Positions 6,664-14,451 of a stretch of 17,384 nucleotides of DNA are shown piece by piece; within the stretch, counting starts at the first letter, position 1, and each line of letters begins with the position of its first letter. Source of the stretch: a bacterium. GTDB lineage: Bacteria; Zhuqueibacterota; Zhuqueibacteria; Oceanimicrobiales; Oceanimicrobiaceae. The stretch covers positions 1 through 17,384 of the forward strand of contig JBHIAC010000061.1 of the NCBI GenBank assembly GCA_046758365.1, written 5' to 3'. The notes under the pieces are model-generated. The model did not search any database. It was not told the origin of the DNA and was given only the letters and a program-made list of their open reading frames with translations. Made by a program: the position numbers and the translations under genes.

Positions 6664-6675
6664 ATACTGTGATAT
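6664..6675. repeat. 12-bp direct repeat ATACTGTGATAT, copy 2
   Basis: Identical to 6114-6125. It sits immediately upstream of the SD of CDS 6141-6647. Confidence 0.6.
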
Positions 6676-6744
6676 GATTAAATTATTTATTTATTGCAAC
6701 CTCAAAATCACTTGCTTTGTTCCCCGTTAAATTAAAAATTTATT

Positions 6745-6769
6745 TCTCAAAATCAACTAGTTTTTGAGA
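6745..6769 (-). terminator. Weak AT-rich hairpin directly after the panC stop
   Basis: TCTCAAAA (6745-6752) and TTTTGAGA (6762-6769) form an 8-bp inverted repeat with a 9-nt loop. Low GC makes it a weak terminator candidate. Confidence 0.3.
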
Positions 6770-6771
6770 TT

Positions 6772-7617
6772 TTATATAATAATATTATCAATGAGCCGAG
6801 TTGAACCGATTTTAACAGCCAACACAATCAAGACGTTATTTCGGATTGTTGAAACGTCTTTCATGGTTTCTGGATTCACAACAGCAAGGTAATCTATTTT
6901 TGCTGAAGGCACCTTCAAAATCATAGATTCCATTTCCTTAATAACTTCTTTAGAATCATTTTCTCCAGCTTCAATGGTTTCTTTGGCTTTAGTTAAGGCT
7001 TTATAGAGAATGGTAGCATCTTGCCGCTCCTTTTGTGAAAGATAGGAATTTCGAGAGCTCATCGCCAAACCGTCGGGCTCACGAATAATAGGGTTAACTA
7101 AAATTTTAATATCGAAATTTAAATCTTCAACCATTCTTTTAATGACCACAGCTTGCTGGGCGTCTTTTTGCCCGAATACGGCAAAGTGGGGTTGAACTAT
7201 GTTAAACAACTTGGCTACAACCGTGGCTACACCGCAAAAAAAGCCGGGACGAGAAGTGCCTTCAAGTACGTCTCCAATTTCTTCAACTGTAATGTAAGTA
7301 TGATAACCTAGTGGGTACATTTCCTTTGATTTAGGGTAGAAAAGTATGTCGCATCCGAGTTCTTGTAGTAGCTTGATGTCGTGATCCAAATCTCTAGGAT
7401 AGGTATTGAAATCTTCCTCAGGTCGAAATTGGGTAGGGTTGACAAATATACTGGCCACTAAATTATCACATTTTTCTCTGGCAAAACGCATTAGACTGAG
7501 ATGCCCTTCATGAAGATAACCCATAGTAGGTACGAAACCAATCGTTTTGCCTTCGAACCGCAGGCGTTTGGCCTCGGCCTGCATTTCATTTGGTGATTTG
7601 ATGGTTCTCAAAATCAT
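6772..7617 (-). CDS. panC: Pantoate--beta-alanine ligase (pantothenate synthetase)
   Basis: Motifs GFVPTMGYLHEGHLSL (HxGH), SIFVNPTQF, YPRD, FGQKDAQQ, REPDGLAMSSRN and RLIDN. Confidence 0.97.
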   Translation of the reverse strand: MILRTIKSPNEMQAEAKRLRFEGKTIGFVPTMGYLHEGHLSLMRFAREKCDNLVASIFVNPTQFRPEEDFNTYPRDLDHDIKLLQELGCDILFYPKSKEMYPLGYHTYITVEEIGDVLEGTSRPGFFCGVATVVAKLFNIVQPHFAVFGQKDAQQAVVIKRMVEDLNFDIKILVNPIIREPDGLAMSSRNSYLSQKERQDATILYKALTKAKETIEAGENDSKEVIKEMESMILKVPSAKIDYLAVVNPETMKDVSTIRNNVLIVLAVKIGSTRLIDNIII

Positions 7618-7658
7618 GGCTTCGTGGAATTAATTCATAGTCCAGAATTCATTTTTTA

Positions 7659-9134
7659 TTACAGAGCTTCTTCAGTAAATGTGAGTACCACATCGATGCG
7701 TCGATTTTGTGCTCTTCCGGCTCGAGTCTCGTTGCTAGCAATGGGTTTGCTTTCCCCAAAGCCCACGGCGGTAATACGGCTTTCATCTAAACCCATATTT
7801 GCCAAGAGATATTTTTTAACAGCCATGGCCCGTTCATAAGATAAATTTTCGTTGTACCTATCATCGCCGATGAAATCTGTATGGCCTTCTATAGTGATGG
7901 AAGCATTAGGAATTTTACGAATGGCTCGCTGCACCGTGGCTAATAGACTAAAGTACTCAGGCTCAATGGTGGATTTGCCTGATGGAAAAGTTAGACCTAT
8001 TAATCGAAGAATTAAATCTTTTCCTTTTTGTAAAACTATTGCCTGGTCGGGAGTAAACATCTCTTCAATTGCTTTAATTTGTTCTTCTCTGCGCTTTTTT
8101 ATTTCCAGCTTAAGCTGTTTTTCTTGGAGCTGGGCTTGCAAACCTTGCTCTTTTTCAATGTATTTTTGTAACTCATTTTTGAATTGCGTGATTTCGTTAT
8201 TTTTTTCTTCTAATTCATTTAGGAGGTCTTTTTTCTCTTTTTGGAGATTTTGTGTTATTGTATAAATTCTTTTCAAAGGTTTATCCAGTCCTTCATCAAA
8301 GGTCGGGGTAAATCCAAGCTCTTTTGCGATGTCCTCGATAATAATTTCTCGGTCGAGGATAAAATTTTCCCACTCTTTCGCATTCTCCTTGAGTCGTTTA
8401 ATCTGTCGTGTGAGAAAGATGGCATGTTTAGCTTCAATTTCAGCGGCTTCGGCTTTTTCTTGGGCGCTGGTTTCTGAGCGACGATTACTGTTCAAAATGC
8501 TTTCAGCTTCATTTAACAATTTTTGTGCATTAGCGTAAGTAATCGGGGTGTATTTATGGGCCTCCACTTTCTTTACCTCTTTCATTAAATTTCGCACGGT
8601 TCCTATTATACTCACTTTTATCGCCATTAATTCGGCTTGGCGATATTTTTTATCAATTTCTGGAACCTTCTTTTTTGCATTTTTTACATCGCCTCTTTCC
8701 AATTTTTTGGTAGCTGAAATAAACTCATTCTCTGCTTCTTCATAAGCCTCTGAGGCATATTGTGGAGCATTAGCCTTTAAAGCGTCTTCACGCGCCTTTA
8801 AAGTAGTAGCAAATGTGATTTTACCTAACTTAGCCGTCTCCAAAGCTTTATCTAAACTTTTTCGAACTTCAGCTAACTTTTTTTCAATATTTTTTAATTG
8901 CTTTCCTTCTTCAAAATCTTTTAATGCCTGCTTATATTTGTTCATGGCATTATTAAAGTTTGTGGGAGAAAGAATATTTGCTTGATCTGATTGAGCTTGC
9001 TTGAAAACTTTATCTGCCTCACTGAATAGGGATGCCTCAAGTTCGGCTCTATTTTGGGCTGACAGATTTACCGTCAAAATTAATAGCGGAATTATGCCAA
9101 CCCCAACTCTAATTTTTATTGCAGCTACTTTCAT
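7659..9134 (-). CDS. OmpA-family peptidoglycan-binding protein with long helical / coiled-coil N-terminus
   Basis: Signal peptide (…TVNLSA/Q) and ~340 aa of helical sequence. C-terminal OmpA_C-like domain has motifs FPSGKS, IEGHTDFIG, YNENLSYERA, GFGESKPIASN and NRRIDV. SD GAGAGG. Confidence 0.9.
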   Translation of the reverse strand: MKVAAIKIRVGVGIIPLLILTVNLSAQNRAELEASLFSEADKVFKQAQSDQANILSPTNFNNAMNKYKQALKDFEEGKQLKNIEKKLAEVRKSLDKALETAKLGKITFATTLKAREDALKANAPQYASEAYEEAENEFISATKKLERGDVKNAKKKVPEIDKKYRQAELMAIKVSIIGTVRNLMKEVKKVEAHKYTPITYANAQKLLNEAESILNSNRRSETSAQEKAEAAEIEAKHAIFLTRQIKRLKENAKEWENFILDREIIIEDIAKELGFTPTFDEGLDKPLKRIYTITQNLQKEKKDLLNELEEKNNEITQFKNELQKYIEKEQGLQAQLQEKQLKLEIKKRREEQIKAIEEMFTPDQAIVLQKGKDLILRLIGLTFPSGKSTIEPEYFSLLATVQRAIRKIPNASITIEGHTDFIGDDRYNENLSYERAMAVKKYLLANMGLDESRITAVGFGESKPIASNETRAGRAQNRRIDVVLTFTEEAL

Positions 9135-9205
9135 TTTTCACCTCTCTGATTTATTGTCGTTATGATTACATTGTAAGAGATAAACCTCACATGGCGTAAT
9201 ATTTA

Positions 9206-9234
9206 ATAGTAAATAATTTTTTAAGATATGTCAA
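9206..9234 (-). promoter_or_regulatory. Putative sigma70 promoter for the ompA-like/panC unit
   Basis: Minus strand has perfect TTGACA (9234-9229) - 17 nt - TACTAT (9211-9206), ~70 nt upstream of ATG 9134. Confidence 0.65.
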
Positions 9235-9383
9235 GAAGAAAATAGAGTATTTTTTCATTTCTCCATGATATAAAAAGAAAGAAGAAATATCAATAATATT
9301 TAATGGAACCTGTGGTTCGTTAAACTGTGAAAAATAGTATAAAGTTTTACAGTTAATTTTTATTTTATGAAATATTTTTTCAC

Positions 9384-9412
9384 TTGACTTTCTTAATATT
9401 TTAATTTAATTT
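9384..9412 (+). promoter_or_regulatory. Putative sigma70 promoter for the uppS operon (divergent)
   Basis: TTGACT (9384-9389) - 17 nt - TAATTT (9407-9412). SD GAGG precedes ATG 9449. Confidence 0.55.
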
Positions 9413-9448
9413 AAATTTTCTATTATTACATCTACGAGGTGATGCATC

Positions 9449-10228
9449 ATGGACGAAAATATCTTAAAAGAGCATATACTGAATCGAGAAAATATCCCAA
9501 AACATATTGCAATAATCATGGATGGTAATGGTCGGTGGGCTCATAAGAAGAATCTGCCGCGGGTAGAGGGGCATCGGGAAGGTATCAATTCCGCCCGTGA
9601 AGTGGTCAGAGCTTGCGGCGAATTGGAAGTTAAATATGTGACCCTTTATACATTTTCGACTGAAAACTGGAATAGACCACGTGGTGAAGTCTCTGCGCTC
9701 ATGCGATTGCTTGTTAGAACCATCCACTCTGTGGTTGATGAACTTAACAAAAATAATGTACGATTAATGACCATCGGGAATCTCGAAGACTTACCCCGGC
9801 AAGCCCGTCTTGGAATGTTAAACGCCATTGATATTTTAAAAAATAATACGGGATTAACTTTGAATTTAGCCCTCAGCTACAGTAGTAGAAAAGAAATTAC
9901 CGAGGCCGTTCGGGCTATTGCTCGGAAAGTTCAGGCAGGGGAACTCCAAGCCGAGGATGTAAATGAAGAGCTTTTTTCTAAACTGCTTTATACAGCTTCG
10001 ATTCCAGATCCCGATTTACTAATTAGAACAAGTGGTGAATTAAGAGTTAGCAATTTTTTGCTTTGGCAACTGGCTTATACCGAAATTTATGTAACGGATG
10101 TTTTATGGCCTGATTTTCGTCGGAAAGAATTTTTTAAAGCTATTGAGGCTTATCAAAAGAGAGAACGTCGGTTCGGTATGGTAAGCGAACAAATTCAACG
10201 GAGTCCAACAGTTTTGGAGTCAATATAA
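9449..10228 (+). CDS. uppS: Undecaprenyl-diphosphate synthase (cis-isoprenyltransferase)
   Basis: Motifs PKHIAIIMDGNGRWA, GHREG, YTFSTENWNRP, PDPDLLIRTSGELRVSNFLLWQLAYTE, LWPDF and RERRFG. Confidence 0.97.
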   Translation: MDENILKEHILNRENIPKHIAIIMDGNGRWAHKKNLPRVEGHREGINSAREVVRACGELEVKYVTLYTFSTENWNRPRGEVSALMRLLVRTIHSVVDELNKNNVRLMTIGNLEDLPRQARLGMLNAIDILKNNTGLTLNLALSYSSRKEITEAVRAIARKVQAGELQAEDVNEELFSKLLYTASIPDPDLLIRTSGELRVSNFLLWQLAYTEIYVTDVLWPDFRRKEFFKAIEAYQKRERRFGMVSEQIQRSPTVLESI

Positions 10229-10231
10229 AAT

Positions 10232-13200
10232 ATGTTTCGGAAAGCGTTTTTGACAGCCACTTTATCGGTGGTGTTTTTTGTCTTAATTCTGCTGTATGGT
10301 TGGAAACTATTTAAGGTAAATGAAGAAATCAAGAAGATTGTAATTTCTAAATTAAAATCTGCCTTTGGTGAAAAATGTAATATTGACCAGTTGAGTCTCG
10401 GTCTGGGAACCGTCCATTTGGAAGGAGTAAAACTGGCTTTTCAAGATGCGCCTTACGAAGTCTGGATTAAAGACATGAGATTTAGTTACAGTCTTCAAAG
10501 TTTATTAAAAGGGAAGATTAGTTTAGAAAAGACTGCAGAAGAAATTACTTTATACAAACCTCGATTGACTCTACGATATAATCCTCTCCCAAAAACCAAT
10601 CCAGATGTAGACCTTTCTCTACAATTATCCAATGAGGCTGAAGATCTTTACAGGTCAATTATTAAAGAATACGATTACTTTAAAAGGATTACAATATCTG
10701 AAGGTGAGATTGTACTATTAGATTCAATTTCATTAAAGCAAACGCGTGTTGCAAAGCAAATTAATGGATGGGTCTATACCGACGATAAAGGAAGGGCTTG
10801 GTTGAGATTAGCGGGTCACATTTTTGAAACCAAAGAATATAATATGGTCTTTTATGGTCTGCTTGATTTAAATCGAGGTGGTATAGATTTTATGAATGTT
10901 GATCTCCATGATTACAAAATAGGGGATGAAATTCCATTTCTTTTGCCAAATTATTTTGAGGTCTTAGACGGTATTATTAATGGGCAATTAACAATAACCG
11001 AAAGGTTTGAACCGACCCGAGGGTTCAACATTGCAGGTACTATCAAATTACGAGACGGACGTGTGAAACTTATAACGGAAAATCTCTTTTTTGATAATAT
11101 TTTCATAGATGCAGAAATTAAAGATTGGAATTTAGTAATTAAAGAGGCTTCCCAAACCATAAATGGTTCACCGACCAAACTGGAAGGTCAGATTAAAAAT
11201 TTATTAGAGCCAAAATTTGACCTCCATTTAACATCACAGCAAATAGATGTTGATAAGTTTCTCTCACAATTTCTACCCGAAAAAAAATTACCCTTTAAAG
11301 GCACAACAATCGTTGATTTAACGATTTCTAATGCAATGTCGAGTCCTGTAATTAAGGGAACCATCAAATCGAATAGTCTTGGTTTCTATAACAATTATTT
11401 AAAGGACTTAGATTTAGATTTAAACTTTAAAGATTTATCTCTAAATTTTCATAGTATTACAGGATATTTGGGTGATGCTCCCATATCAGGAAAGGGAAGC
11501 ATAGATTTTAACTCCCCAGAAAAGTGGCTTAATTACAATCTCGAGGTCAAAGGTGATTTTACTAAAGATATACATTCCCTAGGTCTTACTTCCGCTGACC
11601 AATGCATTGGTAATCTTGAAATAGAAGTGTTAGGATCCTTAATAAATCCTGTAAGTAGGGGGGAATTTGAACTAAACTTTTCCAAAGAAAATTACAATTC
11701 TTTTACGTTAAATGGGACATTCAGCTATAGTCAAGAAAGGTTTAATCTGAATTCTTTCTCTAAAAATAATGACTTTCATCTTGCTGCCTCGGCAAATGAT
11801 CTTTTTAGCAAGCCCTCATTTAATCTCGAAGCCACCAATCTTGAGAAAATATTTGTTTTCGTCAATAACAGTAAGTTAGACTTTTTAAGAAAGCGGTATA
11901 ATCTAAATATTTTTGCTGATGGTAATGAGAATAAGTTTCATGCAGTAATCGATGGATATCGTCGGGATAAATATGAACAATTATTTCAAATTATAACAGA
12001 AACCGAAACAAAGAGAAATAATAAAATCATAGAAGGTGATATTATCTTATTTCCTAATTCTGATAAAAGAATTGAAGGAAATTTTGAGTTAGATATTTCC
12101 GATGAACAAATTCGCCTCAGTAGCTTCGATTTAGGTGATTGGATTCATGGGGCATTCGAACTTTCAACTCCCAATTTCACTCCTTTAAATGGGAGATTAT
12201 CTATATCTGGATTACAACTTTCTAATTTATTTACTCTTTTGGGAGAAGAACACCTAAAATATGATGGCAAGTTATATGGCCAAATCATGATTCAAGGCGA
12301 GGCGGAACAACCAGAATACCAGGGGAATCTATGGTTGTTGGACGCCAAATTAGAGGAAGTTGGTCCTTTAAAGGGGGAGATGGCCTTTCGTGCAGACCCA
12401 ACAAAATTTGAAATTAAAAAATTTTCTCTAGAAAAGTTTGAAAAGCCAATTATAAAAGGAGAGGGCAGTTATAACTTTATCACTAAAGAAGTGGATGGCG
12501 TAATTGTGGGATGGGACGTTGAAGTCAGCGAAGTGTTGAAAATCTTGACCGGCTCGGAAAATATAGCTGAAGGTCAAGCATTTATACAAATGTACTTCAA
12601 AGGCCATGCCCCAAATATTCCGATTTATGGAGAGATAAGAGTCCAAAATGCTAAGATACTCATGTTTGAATTTGATGAGGGGATTCTCGATTTTGGAGAC
12701 GAAATAAATAAAAATGGCTCTTACTTATCTGATGGGGTTTTGTACATTGGCAATGCTGTTCTAAAAAAAGCCGGTGAATTTGAACTTCAAGGGACTGCCC
12801 AACTCCCTCACCGCATTGACAATACTCTGGATGTTCAATTGTCCGGGGATGGTAATTTTCTGGCCCTGCTTTCCGATATTGAAGAATTTTTTAAAGATTC
12901 TGAAAGCGAGGGTCATTTGGATTTACATATTATGGGGAACTATTCTAAACCGAAATTTACGGGAAGCAAATTTAATTTTAAAAACGGCCTATTAAAGCTG
13001 GATGAGGTAGCCCATAAAATTGAGAATCTGGAAGGCGAATTTGCTGTTTTGCCCGAGGATTATTTTTTAGATATTAAGAAACTCCAAGGAACGATTCATG
13101 GTAACCCTTTTTCAATTTTAAACACAGACAATTTGGAAGCCATGAATAATGGTATTTATGAACCACTACGGGTGGCAGGAGATGATTTGAACCTTGGTGC

Positions 13201-14344
13201 GCTTATTTTAGAAACTTCACCAAATGGTGTACCGTTGAATATTCTTGGATTAATGGAGAAAGGGGAAATCGGTTGGTATTCATTTGTAGGCCGAACGAGT
13301 GAGGAGAAATTTTTTGTTACCGGCCCATGGCAACAGCCTTATGTGCGTGGAGAAGTGCGAATTAAAAATGCAAATTTGATGTTCCCTTTTGCTGAAAGTG
13401 CCAGTAAAGAGGAATCCGTAGTTGAACACATTATGAATAATATAAACTGGGATCTTCGTGCAGTCTCCGTAAAAGATACGCGATATGTTAAACAATTCCC
13501 GACGGCTATTTATGTAAATATGGAGATTGATAAAGAAAACAGTGCTCTTGAATTTCATGGTGTTCTTAAAGATTCCACCTTTAGAATCGAAGGAAAAGTG
13601 GAATCTACCAGAGGTGCTTTTGAGTATTTCGATTTAAATTTTAGAGTTGAAAAATTCGGAGTTGAATTTGATCAAACCTCTCTTGACCCCATGGTCTTTG
13701 GTAAAGCATGGACAGTAGTAAGGGATACCTCCAATACACCAACCGATGTTTATTTAACCCTCTATACTGTCGATGATATTTCCAATCAAGAAACAATCAA
13801 AGGACGATGGGACAGAATTAAAATAAAGCTATCATCGGAATTTCCAACTTTTGAAGAAACCCAAGGACAGATAATGGCTACACTCGGATATTCATCAGAA
13901 AATATCGAAGAACGCGCCAGAAAAGCCGTGGGTTATAGTACCGACAATTTCATTTTTCGCCCGCTTATGCGTCCTATTGAACGGCAACTGGAGCGCAAAT
14001 TGGGGTTGGACGTAGTAAGATTTAGTTACGCTATTACAAGAAATTTCCTTGACGCAAATTTCAGTAATGAGGCCCTTCGGTCTTCTCTTGAATTTTTAAA
14101 AAGCAGCCGTTTAATTTTAGGCAAGTATTTAACGGGTGATATTTATCTGCTTTATACAGGAGAATTAGAAGCAGGCATTGATTATCAGTTTCAAGATAAA
14201 GGGGTTGGTCTACATCACATCGTGGGAATTGAGTATCGACTTAATCCACGTTGGCTGCTGCAAATGGAGTATGACTATAATACCTTGTTGGAAACTCATA
14301 AAGACGATAAAAAAGTTTGGCTGAGACATTCTTTCACTTTTTAA
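10232..14344 (+). CDS. TamB / AsmA-like (DUF490-type C-terminus) periplasm-spanning protein
   Basis: 1370 aa with an uncleaved N-terminal TM anchor (AFLTATLSVVFFVLILLYGW). Long run of Gly-punctuated amphipathic beta-strands. TamB-like C-terminus: LGLDVVRF...LILGKYLTGDIYLLY...GIEYRLNPRW...WLRHSFTF. Starts 3 nt after the uppS stop and lies directly upstream of an Omp85 gene. Confidence 0.8.
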   Translation: MFRKAFLTATLSVVFFVLILLYGWKLFKVNEEIKKIVISKLKSAFGEKCNIDQLSLGLGTVHLEGVKLAFQDAPYEVWIKDMRFSYSLQSLLKGKISLEKTAEEITLYKPRLTLRYNPLPKTNPDVDLSLQLSNEAEDLYRSIIKEYDYFKRITISEGEIVLLDSISLKQTRVAKQINGWVYTDDKGRAWLRLAGHIFETKEYNMVFYGLLDLNRGGIDFMNVDLHDYKIGDEIPFLLPNYFEVLDGIINGQLTITERFEPTRGFNIAGTIKLRDGRVKLITENLFFDNIFIDAEIKDWNLVIKEASQTINGSPTKLEGQIKNLLEPKFDLHLTSQQIDVDKFLSQFLPEKKLPFKGTTIVDLTISNAMSSPVIKGTIKSNSLGFYNNYLKDLDLDLNFKDLSLNFHSITGYLGDAPISGKGSIDFNSPEKWLNYNLEVKGDFTKDIHSLGLTSADQCIGNLEIEVLGSLINPVSRGEFELNFSKENYNSFTLNGTFSYSQERFNLNSFSKNNDFHLAASANDLFSKPSFNLEATNLEKIFVFVNNSKLDFLRKRYNLNIFADGNENKFHAVIDGYRRDKYEQLFQIITETETKRNNKIIEGDIILFPNSDKRIEGNFELDISDEQIRLSSFDLGDWIHGAFELSTPNFTPLNGRLSISGLQLSNLFTLLGEEHLKYDGKLYGQIMIQGEAEQPEYQGNLWLLDAKLEEVGPLKGEMAFRADPTKFEIKKFSLEKFEKPIIKGEGSYNFITKEVDGVIVGWDVEVSEVLKILTGSENIAEGQAFIQMYFKGHAPNIPIYGEIRVQNAKILMFEFDEGILDFGDEINKNGSYLSDGVLYIGNAVLKKAGEFELQGTAQLPHRIDNTLDVQLSGDGNFLALLSDIEEFFKDSESEGHLDLHIMGNYSKPKFTGSKFNFKNGLLKLDEVAHKIENLEGEFAVLPEDYFLDIKKLQGTIHGNPFSILNTDNLEAMNNGIYEPLRVAGDDLNLGALILETSPNGVPLNILGLMEKGEIGWYSFVGRTSEEKFFVTGPWQQPYVRGEVRIKNANLMFPFAESASKEESVVEHIMNNINWDLRAVSVKDTRYVKQFPTAIYVNMEIDKENSALEFHGVLKDSTFRIEGKVESTRGAFEYFDLNFRVEKFGVEFDQTSLDPMVFGKAWTVVRDTSNTPTDVYLTLYTVDDISNQETIKGRWDRIKIKLSSEFPTFEETQGQIMATLGYSSENIEERARKAVGYSTDNFIFRPLMRPIERQLERKLGLDVVRFSYAITRNFLDANFSNEALRSSLEFLKSSRLILGKYLTGDIYLLYTGELEAGIDYQFQDKGVGLHHIVGIEYRLNPRWLLQMEYDYNTLLETHKDDKKVWLRHSFTF

Positions 14345-14357
14345 ATTAATTTTATTT

Positions 14358-14385
14358 GAACTTTTTTAAGACAATGGTTGTTAAA
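14358..14385 (+). promoter_or_regulatory. Possible ECF (sigmaE-like) promoter upstream of bamA-skp
   Basis: GAACTT (14358-14363) - 16 nt - GTTAAA (14380-14385), in the ~107-nt gap before bamA. Confidence 0.35.
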
Positions 14386-14451
14386 AATTTTGTTAATTGT
14401 TAATGAATACAGAATCTTATAGGTGTATCTTGTTGGTAAGGAGTGATTTTG

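Noticed and set aside
7228..7254. PanC motif RPGFFCGV instead of the common RPGHFxGV
   Set aside because: As far as I recall, Phe at this position occurs in other pantothenate synthetases, and all main catalytic motifs are intact.
7624..8745. Cluster of plus-strand ORFs (7624-7839, 7852-8265, 8241-8477, 8329-8538, 8548-8745)
   Set aside because: These are antisense shadows of the Lys/Glu-rich OmpA-like gene. Their Phe/Ser-rich composition is what the reverse complement of such codons gives.
9306..9318. LexA (GAAC-N4-GTTC) SOS box
   Set aside because: The spacing here is N5 (GAAC-CTGTG-GTTC) and the flanking genes are not SOS genes. It is kept only as an unassigned dyad.
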